Shown piece by piece: positions 45,859 to 55,256 of a stretch of DNA of 64,000 bases. Source of the DNA: Candidatus Flemingiibacterium sp. (GTDB lineage Bacteria; Bacillota; Clostridia; Oscillospirales; CAG-272). The position numbers and the translations under genes were made by a program. The notes under the pieces were generated by a model. It had not been told where the DNA came from, searched no databases, and saw only the letters and a program-made list of their open reading frames with translations. Location: the NCBI GenBank assembly GCA_045534235.1, contig JAZSJI010000089.1, positions 15,877 to 79,876 of the forward strand. The letters run 5' to 3'. The first letter of the stretch is position 1. Each line of letters begins with the position of its first letter.

Positions 45859-45876
45859 ACTCTTCACCTCCAAAAA

Positions 45877-46857
45877 TTAAATGCCAAAGTATGCGAGCAC
45901 ACCTGCTATTACAGTCACGAGCGAAAATACACCCACGACCTTAAGCTCCGTCCAACCGCACTTTTCAAAGTGATGATGTATAGGAGCCATCTTGAAAATA
46001 CGCTTTTTCGTAAGCTTGTAGAAGCCCACCTGAAGTATTACCGACACCGCCTCGCAAATATACACGATACCCACGATAACGATAATAAGCGGATTATTTA
46101 TCATAAACGCCATACCAACGGCGAGACCGCCGAGGAACAGCGAGCCCGTATCTCCCATAAATACGCGTGCGGGATAGAAATTATAAACTAAAAATCCAAG
46201 GCACGCACCCATTGTAATTGCCGAAACTACCGCGGTGGGAACGCTCGAGAGCACAAACGATGCGACGGCGAAAAATGCTCCGACTGCAAGCGTTACACTG
46301 CTTGCAAGGCCGTCGATTCCGTCAGTCAGATTGACTGCGTTGACAATGCCGGTTATGAGCAGTATTGCGAAAATGTAATAGAATATGCCAAGCTCAACCG
46401 AAATATTAAAATACGGAATAGCAAGCTCGGTAGTAAGATTTCCCGTAAGCTTGAGTACAGCAAGAAACAGTCCCGCCGAAATAAGCTGAAGCAGATATTT
46501 CTGCGTCGCTGTAAGTCCCTCGTTACGGTGATTTTTGAACTTGGTAAGGTCGTCAACGATGCCTATCGCGCCGTTTGCAAGTGCAAAAGCGATAACGGTC
46601 ACCGCGCGCACAAGTCCGTCTGCCGCATCTGTAGCTATCATAAGTACTACGGATAACGCAAAGGTAATGACCGCGGCTATAATAAAGCTGATGCCGCCCA
46701 TGGTAGGCGTACCCTCTTTGCTCTTATGCCAACGGGGGCCGATATCGAGTATCTGCTGACCGAGCTTCATGCTTTTAAGCTTCGGTATCAGTATACGCGC
46801 CGAAATCGCTGTAATCGCAAAGGTCAGAATAAGCGCAGGAAGAAAATACAGTATCAT
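45877..46857 (-). CDS. mraY: Phospho-N-acetylmuramoyl-pentapeptide transferase MraY
   Basis: KEGTPTMGG, NLTDGIDGLA, FMGDTGSL and PIHHHFE motifs. ATG at 46857 after GAGGTG. Confidence 0.95.
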   Translation of the reverse strand: MILYFLPALILTFAITAISARILIPKLKSMKLGQQILDIGPRWHKSKEGTPTMGGISFIIAAVITFALSVVLMIATDAADGLVRAVTVIAFALANGAIGIVDDLTKFKNHRNEGLTATQKYLLQLISAGLFLAVLKLTGNLTTELAIPYFNISVELGIFYYIFAILLITGIVNAVNLTDGIDGLASSVTLAVGAFFAVASFVLSSVPTAVVSAITMGACLGFLVYNFYPARVFMGDTGSLFLGGLAVGMAFMINNPLIIVIVGIVYICEAVSVILQVGFYKLTKKRIFKMAPIHHHFEKCGWTELKVVGVFSLVTVIAGVLAYFGI

Positions 46858-46873
46858 ATCATCCACCTCGATG

Positions 46874-48307
46874 TCAGGAATTTTTATTATTGTCGATAAG
46901 CGCCTTGAGTCCCTCGATAACGCGCTCGAGTCTTACCGCGCGGCTTGCCTTGAAAAGCACGGCATCCCCCGGACGAAGCATACCGAAAACTGTCTTCGCC
47001 GTATCCTCGGCATTTTCAACGTTGGTATTTATGCTTATATTTTCGGGGTTCAGCGCGTGGTTTATCGCACCAAGCGCGATATTTTCCGCCTCACGTCCAA
47101 ACGTGACGAGATTTGAGATATGACGCGACGCGACGAGCGTTCCTATCTCCATATGAAGCTGCTTTGAATAGTCGCCAAGCTCGCGCATATCACCAAGCAC
47201 CGCAACCGTACGGCACCCGTTTTTGTCAGCAAGCTTCGAGAGTACCTCTACCGCCGCCTTCATCGACTCGGGACCTGCGTTGTAGCAGTCCTCGATAATA
47301 GTAATCCCGCCGTATTCGTATATATTCTGACGCATTCCCGTGTTATGGAACGACATAAGTCCACGTTTAATTTCGTCATCGCTCATACCGAGAAGCACAC
47401 CGACCGCAAAAGCGTAGGTAGCGTCGTAAACGTTATGCGTACCGATAGTAGGTATCTTTACGTTAGTAACGACACGGTTGCCTGCAACAAGGTCGAACTC
47501 CGTGCTGTCCTCGTACTCGCGTATATTGAGTGCGCGGTAATCCGCAAGCGGATTCTGGAGCGAAACGAACAGCATATTCTGTGTGAGCTTTCCCTTCTGT
47601 GCAAAGAGCATCGGCTCGTCTGCATTGAGTATCACCCAACCGTCACTCGGCACGCCCTCGACTATCTCAAGCTTCGCCTTGCATATATTCTCTCGCGAGC
47701 CAAGACACTCGATATGCGAGTTGCCAATGTTTGTAATTATTGCTATGTCGGGCTTTGCGATAGCCGTCATATGCGATATCTCGCCAAGACCGCTCATACC
47801 CATTTCAAGCACGCACACCTGTGTCGTTTCGGGCATATCAAGCACCGACAGCGGCATCCCGATCTCGTTGTTTAGGTTACCCGCGGTCTTGTGTGCAAGG
47901 AATTTACTGTTCGCTACAGAGAAAACGAACTCCTTGGTGGTAGTCTTTCCGACGCTTCCCGTTACTGCTATAGTTTTCGGCTTGATTCGCGCCTTATAAG
48001 CCGCTGCGACCTTTCCGAGTGCTTCAAGCGAGCTTGGGGTTACCATAACGCGCTTTGCATCGTTCGCATCAAGACCGTCGGGAACGCGCTCGCCTATAAC
48101 TGCTGCCGCGCCTCTTGAGAGTGCCTGCGATATATAGTCGTGTCCGTCAAACCGCTCGCCCTTCAGAGCGATAAAAAGCGAGCCGGACTCCGCCTCACGC
48201 GAGTCGGTCACGATAGAGGTAATATCGTCAGAAATAGTTGTTTCTACCGACAAAACAGCCGCGAGCTCCTTTGTATTAAAGACTGCGTTTTTATACTTAA
48301 TGCCCAT
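46874..48307 (-). CDS. murF: UDP-N-acetylmuramoyl-tripeptide--D-alanyl-D-alanine ligase MurF
   Basis: TDSREAESGSLFIALKGERFDGH and VTGSVGKTTTKE. Start set at the ATG at 48307, downstream of the murE stop; the longer ORF would overlap murE by 17 nt. Confidence 0.92.
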   Translation of the reverse strand: MGIKYKNAVFNTKELAAVLSVETTISDDITSIVTDSREAESGSLFIALKGERFDGHDYISQALSRGAAAVIGERVPDGLDANDAKRVMVTPSSLEALGKVAAAYKARIKPKTIAVTGSVGKTTTKEFVFSVANSKFLAHKTAGNLNNEIGMPLSVLDMPETTQVCVLEMGMSGLGEISHMTAIAKPDIAIITNIGNSHIECLGSRENICKAKLEIVEGVPSDGWVILNADEPMLFAQKGKLTQNMLFVSLQNPLADYRALNIREYEDSTEFDLVAGNRVVTNVKIPTIGTHNVYDATYAFAVGVLLGMSDDEIKRGLMSFHNTGMRQNIYEYGGITIIEDCYNAGPESMKAAVEVLSKLADKNGCRTVAVLGDMRELGDYSKQLHMEIGTLVASRHISNLVTFGREAENIALGAINHALNPENISINTNVENAEDTAKTVFGMLRPGDAVLFKASRAVRLERVIEGLKALIDNNKNS

Positions 48308-48335
48308 ATTTCCAAGTCCTTTCGCCAATTGTCTG

Positions 48336-49844
48336 CTATCTTGCAAAGCCACTAACGCTTTGCATTATTATATCCTTTTCCGAGAACGGTCGCTTGCCAT
48401 CGGCATCTATCTCATAGTCCTCGTGTCCCTTTCCTGCAAGCAGAATTATATCGTTTTTTCTGTGGTTTTCGATAACCCAGCGTATCGCACGCTCGCGTCG
48501 CTCAATAACCTTACAGTCTGCCCCCTCTGCCGCGCCGCGAAGTATATCGCAGATTATCGCACGCGGATTTTCGCTGCGGCTGTTGTCACCTGTAATTACA
48601 GTGAGATTTGCAAGTGTCGTAGCTATTCTGCCCATTATCGGGCGCTTGGTCTTATCTCTGTCGCCGCCGCATCCGAATACTACGACGAGCCGACCGCTCG
48701 GCTTTTTGAAAGCAAGCAGAGAGCGCAGTACACGCTCAAGCGCGTCGGGGGTATGCGCGTAATCTATAAACACGTCAAAATCACACCCGTCCGGTAAAGA
48801 AACGCGCTCCATTCGCCCGGGTATCTGCGGACACGCCTCAAGCGCCGCCGTTATAACCTCTTTTTTTATTCCAAACAATCTTGCAACGCTCGCCGCCCCA
48901 AGCGTGTTCGAAACCGTAAAGCCGCCCGAGATCGGACATCTTATCTCTGCCGACCCGTAACTGTCGCAAAGCGTGTACGACACACCGCGAAGGCTGTCGC
49001 ACGAAGCGTTACACGCCGTAAAGTCAGCGTGTCTGCCCTGTGCCGAATACGTGACCGCCGGAGTGATTATCTCATCGTAAATGCGCCTTGAATAAACGCC
49101 GTCGGCGTTTATCACAGCCGTGCCGCAAAGCGAAAAAAGTCTGCGCTTGGCAAGATAGTACTCCTCCATCGAGCTATGGTAATCAAGGTGGTCCTGCGTA
49201 AGCCCCGTAAACACGCCTGCGATGAATTTTATCGGATCGAGTCTGTACTGCGAAAGCGAATGTGAGGACGCTTCCATAAATACTATCTCAACGCCCGCAT
49301 CAGCCATACGCGCAAGCATCGGATAAAGATGCTCGGGAGAAGGCGTCGTCATCGAATTTACACCCGAAGCCTCGCTATCGGAAAGCACTGCCGTGTCGTC
49401 GCCGATAAGGCATTTCACCGTCCCGATAACTCCGGTTTTGTAGCCTGCATATTTGAATATTTCGCGCAGGAAATAGGTGGTCGACGTTTTACCGTTTGTA
49501 CCCGTCACAGCGACAGTCATAAGCCGCTCCGTCGGCCGTCCGCAAAGCTCGTTGTACATATGAGCCGCCGCAAGGCGAGAGTTTTCAACTAATACGTACT
49601 TGACCTCGGGATGCTCCGCGAGCCAACTCGTAACCCTCTCGCACACGATAACCGACGCGCCGTATTGTACGGCGGTGCATATAAAATCGTGTCCGTCAAG
49701 CCGTTCGCCCGTGATACATATGAATACGTCACCCTCGCTGCATTTGAGCGAATTTACCGATAGCCCTCTGCACTCCGTGTCAAGAGTATCAAGGTTGGTT
49801 TTAGTAACGGTTACTTTCTTTAAAAGAGCGTTTAATGTTGCCAT
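48336..49844 (-). CDS. murE: UDP-N-acetylmuramoyl-L-alanyl-D-glutamate--2,6-diaminopimelate ligase MurE
   Basis: VTGTNGKTST and FGCGGDRDKTKRPIMG. The GDNSRSENP stretch is a variant of the DNPR motif that retains the Arg. Confidence 0.92.
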   Translation of the reverse strand: MATLNALLKKVTVTKTNLDTLDTECRGLSVNSLKCSEGDVFICITGERLDGHDFICTAVQYGASVIVCERVTSWLAEHPEVKYVLVENSRLAAAHMYNELCGRPTERLMTVAVTGTNGKTSTTYFLREIFKYAGYKTGVIGTVKCLIGDDTAVLSDSEASGVNSMTTPSPEHLYPMLARMADAGVEIVFMEASSHSLSQYRLDPIKFIAGVFTGLTQDHLDYHSSMEEYYLAKRRLFSLCGTAVINADGVYSRRIYDEIITPAVTYSAQGRHADFTACNASCDSLRGVSYTLCDSYGSAEIRCPISGGFTVSNTLGAASVARLFGIKKEVITAALEACPQIPGRMERVSLPDGCDFDVFIDYAHTPDALERVLRSLLAFKKPSGRLVVVFGCGGDRDKTKRPIMGRIATTLANLTVITGDNSRSENPRAIICDILRGAAEGADCKVIERRERAIRWVIENHRKNDIILLAGKGHEDYEIDADGKRPFSEKDIIMQSVSGFAR

Positions 49845-49910
49845 ATCTTATCCCCCAACGCAATATTTTTATACTAAAATATTTACGCTGTGAGATATTG
49901 GATTATGACA

Positions 49911-52247
49911 TCAGTCGGTACCGTCGAGGTAGCGGAATTCGACCGTTACTATAGTACCGGGAGCTACCATTGTGCCTGCCGCAGGTGTTTGGGATATAAC
50001 CTGTGCGCCCGTACCGACGTTATAGTTGGTAGCACCAACTATCTTTATGTTAAGCTTTGAATTTACAATAAGCTTGTTGCACGCCGATGCCGTCTGCCCG
50101 ATTACGTCGGGGACAGCAACCGTATCCGACGGCAGTGCCTCGCCTGTATACAGGTATATAACACCACTGTCCGTTGAAAGGCGTGTGCCGCCCTCGGGCG
50201 TCTGCGCAACGACGGTAGGACCGTTGCCTATTCTCTTGAAGGAAAGCTTGCGGTTGGTAATATTGAGAAGTGCGTCCTCAACCTCCATACCGACGTAGTT
50301 TGCAACGCCAACGTCGATGCTCGCAAGCTCCTGTGCCGTGTACTGCGGCTCATATCCAAGATACGGCATCGCAACAGAAAGGAAATTCGATATGTACGGT
50401 GCCGCAACGATGCTTCCGAACGAACCGCCCGAAAGATCAGGCTCATCGACGATGATAATAACCGCGATCTGCGGATCGTCTGCCGGTGCATACGCAACGG
50501 TAGAGCCGACGCGGTAGGGTCGGTCGGAGGTCACCCACTCGTCCTCGAAGGTAACCACGTTACCCTCTGCATCGTAGTAAACGTATTTATCCTGCTTCTG
50601 CGAGGTACCCGTCTTTGCGGCAACGCTGTAGCCCTTGGTGTAGGCGTTCTTCGCGCCGCCGTCGGTAGCAACACCCTCGGCGAGGATCTGTGTTACCGTT
50701 TTGCAGGTCTCCTCGGAAAATATCTGCACCTTCTGCTCGGTTTCGTAGGAATAGATAACGTTTCCGTCATCGTCAACCATCTCACTTAGCACGTGCGGAG
50801 TTACGAGATAACCGCCGTTTGCAACGGTGCATATAGCGGTAAGCTGCTGAAGGGGAGTCGCTTTAAAGGTCTGTCCGAACGAATATACCGCCATTTCGAC
50901 AGCGTGCATATCGTTCTTTTTATGGTAGCTTCCGTAAGCCTCACCCGTCAGGTCAACACCCGTTTTAGTGGTGTATCCGAGAGCCTCGAAGTACTTATAG
51001 AAGGTATCGCGACCTATCTTTTCGATAGTGTTCATCATAAGCGGGTTGCAGGATTGCTGGAGTCCGCGCGCGAACGTTACCGCACCATGTCCCCACGTAC
51101 GGTGACAGGATATGGGCTTGTTATAGCCCTCGGGAATATAGCTTCCGTGGCAGTAGAACGGATCGTCAACGTGCACGACGCCCTCCTCGAGCGCTATCGC
51201 TGAGGTGATTATTTTGAAGGTAGAGCCGGGCTCGTATGGCTCGCTTACTATCTTATTGTTCCACATCTCGTAAATGAGATTAGTACGAAGCTCGTTATAT
51301 TCGTCCGTGCCCTCCGCGTATCCGCTGTCGATAAGCTTCTGAAGATGCTCCTCGTCAAGCGCATAGGGATCGTTGCAGTCATAATTCGGATATACCGCGC
51401 CCGCGAGTATGCCGCCTGTGTTTACGTCCATAACTATTCCGCACACACGGTTGGTTGCCTGCGCAGACTCATACGCCGCTATTATCTGATTTTCAAGCTC
51501 GTGCTGAAGTCGCATATCAACAGTGCTGACTAAATTAGCACCGTTTTCCGCGCCGACGTAGCTTTCGTACTTAAAGGGCATATCCTGCTGAAGCGCGTTG
51601 CGGGCGGTAATATATTTACCCGACGTACCCTGCAGGTAGTCGTTGTACGTAGCCTCAATGCCGTACACGCCATCGCCTTCGGAGTTAGTAAAGCCGATAA
51701 GATGGCTTGCAAGACTGCCATACGGATAATAGCGTCTTGACGTTGCGCTTATGTTTATCATACCCGTAAAGCCGTTATCGCGAACAAATTCGCGAAGCAC
51801 TGTCGCAGTTTCGGGATCCACGTTTTTCTTTATCGTTTCGTCAAGACGGTTGGTCTTGGCGAATTTTTCAAGCACGGTCTGACGGTCAACACCAAGCAAC
51901 TCAACAAGCTTGTCGGCGATCATAGCCTTTGCCTGTTCCTTTGTAGGCGCGTCGGCATCATTTTTCGCTGGCTCGTAGTTATTTATATCGTAAGGGGATA
52001 TAAACACACGGTACGTAGTGGTATTGGTCGCAAGCAGCTTCATGTTGCAGTCGAATATCTTGCCGCGCTCTGCGTCGGTCGTATATTCCTTCGTGAGCTG
52101 GTCGATAACGATCGCCTGATATTTGTCATTGTCAACTATCTGCAATAAAAAAAGTCTGCCTATCAAAATACCCCACGCTACGATAAGTATCAAAGCAAAA
52201 ATAAGGGTACGCCTGTACGTTGCTGTGCGCTGTGAGCGAAACGGCAT
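49911..52247 (-). CDS. Class B penicillin-binding protein (PBP2B/SpoVD-like) with C-terminal PASTA domains
   Basis: Motifs STFK (GSTFKIITS), SCN and KTGT. Two PASTA-like repeats at the C-terminus. N-terminal TM anchor. Confidence 0.92.
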   Translation of the reverse strand: MPFRSQRTATYRRTLIFALILIVAWGILIGRLFLLQIVDNDKYQAIVIDQLTKEYTTDAERGKIFDCNMKLLATNTTTYRVFISPYDINNYEPAKNDADAPTKEQAKAMIADKLVELLGVDRQTVLEKFAKTNRLDETIKKNVDPETATVLREFVRDNGFTGMINISATSRRYYPYGSLASHLIGFTNSEGDGVYGIEATYNDYLQGTSGKYITARNALQQDMPFKYESYVGAENGANLVSTVDMRLQHELENQIIAAYESAQATNRVCGIVMDVNTGGILAGAVYPNYDCNDPYALDEEHLQKLIDSGYAEGTDEYNELRTNLIYEMWNNKIVSEPYEPGSTFKIITSAIALEEGVVHVDDPFYCHGSYIPEGYNKPISCHRTWGHGAVTFARGLQQSCNPLMMNTIEKIGRDTFYKYFEALGYTTKTGVDLTGEAYGSYHKKNDMHAVEMAVYSFGQTFKATPLQQLTAICTVANGGYLVTPHVLSEMVDDDGNVIYSYETEQKVQIFSEETCKTVTQILAEGVATDGGAKNAYTKGYSVAAKTGTSQKQDKYVYYDAEGNVVTFEDEWVTSDRPYRVGSTVAYAPADDPQIAVIIIVDEPDLSGGSFGSIVAAPYISNFLSVAMPYLGYEPQYTAQELASIDVGVANYVGMEVEDALLNITNRKLSFKRIGNGPTVVAQTPEGGTRLSTDSGVIYLYTGEALPSDTVAVPDVIGQTASACNKLIVNSKLNIKIVGATNYNVGTGAQVISQTPAAGTMVAPGTIVTVEFRYLDGTD

Positions 52248-52375
52248 TACTTACCTCCAAACTACCATTATAACGGGAAATTTCGGAGAGTAAGCGACCA
52301 CATAAAGATGCCTACTCTCCGAAGCTTGTTCTCATACTATAGATACTGTTTGAAATTCCGTTTAATGACTGTGTC

Positions 52376-53137
52376 TTATATGCCAAAGAAGCCAAGTATA
52401 CGTTCAACAACGGAATCTGCAAAGGATCTGACCTCGTCGATAAACGATACGCCCTCTTCTTCGGGTGTTTCAATTATCTCGATCCTATCCTCTTTATGTA
52501 CTGTCAGGTAGTATCTGTCGACCTGATCCTTTTTTACCATACCAAGCTCTTCTTTGGCCATTGCCTCAACCACGCGAAGATCGTCGCGCGTTTCAAGCAG
52601 CAGACTGAGCTCGTCGCTCTGCTTTACAAGCTCGTTATACTTCGTTTTCAGATCGGAATTCACCGACGTTATGTCGTTGATCTGAACGCCCGTGGTTATT
52701 ATAGCCAGTATAAGCACCGTTGCGCACGCCGCGGTAAGAATTATTGAAAGCGGGAAAGCGCGTCTCTCTGACTTATCTACCTCTATAGTAAGGTTTTCGA
52801 TCTTCGTCTTTACCTTGGCAGTTGCTCTCTCGGCCTTTGAAACGGCTCTCGACTTTGCCTTCGCACCGGATTTCGAACCTACTCGCGTAGTCTGCGCCGT
52901 AGTCGAGCGAGGGTCTGCCGCAACTCTGCCAAACGAGGCAGTGTTATTACCGGCAGCCGTTCTGCCACGTACTGCGGCGGTAGAATTTACCGTCTGACCG
53001 AGTCCGTTCTTCTGTGCGATAGGACGCCCCTTGGCAAACGACTCCAGAGAATATTCAGTATATGCGGGGTTGGTGGAGATGCGGTTATCGGAAGTTTGCT
53101 TTTTGTTTTTCTTGGCTTTAAACTTTGCTTCGGTCAC
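52376..53137 (-). CDS. ftsL: FtsL/DivIC-type septum formation protein with a long basic N-terminal tail
   Basis: It sits between rsmH and the pbp gene. One TM helix (FPLSIILTAACATVLILAIITTGV) is followed by a coiled coil (LKTKYNELVKQSDELSLLLE). About 125 aa of low-complexity Ala/Thr/Lys/Arg sequence precede the TM. GTG start after AAGGAGAA. Confidence 0.72.
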   Translation of the reverse strand: MTEAKFKAKKNKKQTSDNRISTNPAYTEYSLESFAKGRPIAQKNGLGQTVNSTAAVRGRTAAGNNTASFGRVAADPRSTTAQTTRVGSKSGAKAKSRAVSKAERATAKVKTKIENLTIEVDKSERRAFPLSIILTAACATVLILAIITTGVQINDITSVNSDLKTKYNELVKQSDELSLLLETRDDLRVVEAMAKEELGMVKKDQVDRYYLTVHKEDRIEIIETPEEEGVSFIDEVRSFADSVVERILGFFGI

Positions 53138-53155
53138 GACCGTTCTCCTTTCAGT

Positions 53156-54109
53156 TTATAGTTTCTCTGCTATCCGAAGCTTTGCACTTCTGGAACGCGG
53201 ATTTTCGTCGAGTTCTTTTTCGGAAGGCAATATCGGCTTGTGCGTTATAACCTTCACTTTAGGCTTGTTGCCGCATACGCATATCGGCAAGTCCTTCGGG
53301 CAAGTACATCCGCTCGCCGCCTTAGCGAAGGTCTGCTTTACAATTCTATCCTCAAGCGAATGGAAAGTTATGACGGAAAGTCTGCCGCCCTCGCCGAGCG
53401 CGTATATGAGCGCGTCGAGCGTAGGCTCGATTATTGAGAGCTCTGAATTTACTTCAATGCGAATAGCCTGAAACGTGCGTTTCGCCGGATGCGGACCATC
53501 CTCGCGCGCCTTGGCAGGTATCGCCAACTTTATAACGTCGACGAGCTCATACGTCGTTTCAATCGGCTTTATTTCGCGAGCGGCGCATATCTTTGCCGCA
53601 ATACGCGGCGCAAAGCGCTCCTCGCTAAAGTCGTATATGATCTTCTTAAGTCTGTCCTCGGAATACGTATTCACGACCTCGTACGCCGAAAGAGGTGCAT
53701 CGGGGTCCATACGCATATCGAGCGGTGCGTCGTGCATATAGGAAAAGCCGCGCTCGGGCGTATCAAGCTGATATGAGGATACGCCAAGGTCGATAACCGC
53801 ACCGTCTATTTTATCTACGCCGAGACGTGTGAGCACGTCGCCGACGTTTCTGAAGTTGTCGCGCACGAACTCGATTCGCTCGGAGTACTTTTCAAGTCTT
53901 TTCTTTGAAGCCGCGATTGCTGCGGTGTCCTGATCTATTGCGATAAGCTTACCGCCACCCGTCAAACGGGATGCGATAGCCTCGGAGTGCCCGCCGCCGC
54001 CGAGCGTGCAGTCAACGTATATACCGTCGGGCTTTATGTTAAGTCCGTCCACGGACTCGCCAAGCAGCACCGAATAGTGGGAAAATACAGGCGCGTTGTC
54101 CTTATTCAT
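53156..54109 (-). CDS. rsmH: 16S rRNA (cytosine1402-N4)-methyltransferase RsmH
   Basis: [26 protein letters not shown] and [10 protein letters not shown] motifs. The ATG overlaps the mraZ stop (TGATG). Confidence 0.95.
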   Translation of the reverse strand: MNKDNAPVFSHYSVLLGESVDGLNIKPDGIYVDCTLGGGGHSEAIASRLTGGGKLIAIDQDTAAIAASKKRLEKYSERIEFVRDNFRNVGDVLTRLGVDKIDGAVIDLGVSSYQLDTPERGFSYMHDAPLDMRMDPDAPLSAYEVVNTYSEDRLKKIIYDFSEERFAPRIAAKICAAREIKPIETTYELVDVIKLAIPAKAREDGPHPAKRTFQAIRIEVNSELSIIEPTLDALIYALGEGGRLSVITFHSLEDRIVKQTFAKAASGCTCPKDLPICVCGNKPKVKVITHKPILPSEKELDENPRSRSAKLRIAEKL

Positions 54110-54528
54110 CAAAGTCCAAGCTCCTTCATCTGCTTTTCTATATCTGCGATATTATCGCCGTTCTTCATCGCGTTCCAACGCTCGGCATCCCAAAGCTCGG
54201 CGCGGTTGCCAAGACCGAGGAACACAGCCTCGCGCTCGAGGTTCGCGAACTCACGAAGCACGGGCGGAAGCGTTATGCGTCCGTGCGAGTCGGGGATGAC
54301 CTCAAATGCAAATGCAAAAATGAAGCGCTTTATCTCTCTTGTCTGTGAGTCGGGGAGCATTTCGATTCGAGCGCAGAGCTTGCCCCATTCTTCAGCGCTG
54401 TACAGTGACAGACAACCGTCAACGTTTTTGGCAATTGTAAAGCTCTCTCCAAGCCCATCGCGTAGCTTAGCAGGCACGAAAACTCGCGCCTTTGCGTCGA
54501 TGGTATGAAGATATTCGCCCATTAGCAT
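54109..54528 (-). CDS. mraZ: Transcriptional regulator MraZ
   Basis: [23 protein letters not shown], with a second SpoVT-AbrB-like repeat ([13 protein letters not shown]). Confidence 0.95.
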   Translation of the reverse strand: MLMGEYLHTIDAKARVFVPAKLRDGLGESFTIAKNVDGCLSLYSAEEWGKLCARIEMLPDSQTREIKRFIFAFAFEVIPDSHGRITLPPVLREFANLEREAVFLGLGNRAELWDAERWNAMKNGDNIADIEKQMKELGL

Positions 54529-54564
54529 CCGTGCCTCACCTCTTTTGAACCAAAATATGGGGAA

Positions 54565-54632
54565 AATTCACCACTTTGAACCTATTTCTCCCACCCTAAA
54601 AATATTATACCGCATAATGCGGATAATTTCAA
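54565..54632 (-). promoter_or_regulatory. dcw (Pmra) promoter with candidate MraZ operator repeats
   Basis: On the minus strand, TTGAAA (54632-54627), N17, then TATAAT (54609-54604). These are followed by GTGGG, TAGGT and GTGGT at 10-nt spacing (54594-54570). Confidence 0.5.
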
Positions 54633-54749
54633 TAGTTTTCGCAAGATTTTTTTTGGTAAAATGCAAATATTTTTGCACTTTTCACGGATTTTTCGCCTAT
54701 ATTTTATTGCAATATATCAATATTTGGAAATGCTGTAATTATAATGATG

Positions 54750-55238
54750 TTAATTTTTTTTGAACGACTCGATAAGCTCGGCAACACCCGCAGGTACGCA
54801 CTTCGAATAATCGCAGTCGTAGCGTATCAGCTCGCGCACCATAGTGGAGCTTACGTGCATATACTCTGCCTTGGTCGGAATGATTATCGTGTCAAGCTCG
54901 GGAACTATCGAGCGGTTGATAAGCGAGAGCGACATTTCGTAGTCAAAATCGGTCGCAGAGCGTGCGCCCTTCGCGATCGTTCCGATGCCGTGCTCGAGCG
55001 CGTAGTCGGCGAGCAGACCGCCCCATATATCAACGTGCACGTTAGGAATACCGTCAAATGCTGCGTGGAGCATCTGAAGGCGCTCGTCGGAGCTGAAATA
55101 GGTTGTTTTCGAGGAATTTATAAATTCGGTGACGTACACCTCGTCAAATATTTTAGCCGCGCGGAGAACGAGGTCGTAGTGACCGACGGTCGGCGGATCA
55201 AAGCTCCCTGATATAAGCGCTTTCTTTGGGTTTAACAT
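54750..55238 (-). CDS. coaD: Phosphopantetheine adenylyltransferase
   Basis: SGSFDPPTVGHYD, and ISSTMVRE (seen in the stretch HVSSTMVRELI). 162 aa. Confidence 0.95.
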   Translation of the reverse strand: MLNPKKALISGSFDPPTVGHYDLVLRAAKIFDEVYVTEFINSSKTTYFSSDERLQMLHAAFDGIPNVHVDIWGGLLADYALEHGIGTIAKGARSATDFDYEMSLSLINRSIVPELDTIIIPTKAEYMHVSSTMVRELIRYDCDYSKCVPAGVAELIESFKKN

Positions 55239-55256
55239 AGCGTTCCCTCCTAAATC

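Noticed and set aside
48336-49844. The MurE DNPR motif reads DNSR, which might indicate a change of third-position amino acid specificity.
   Set aside because: The specificity-determining Arg is retained and the flanking sequence (GDNSRSENPRAI) follows the meso-DAP type. A Pro to Ser change alone is insufficient evidence.
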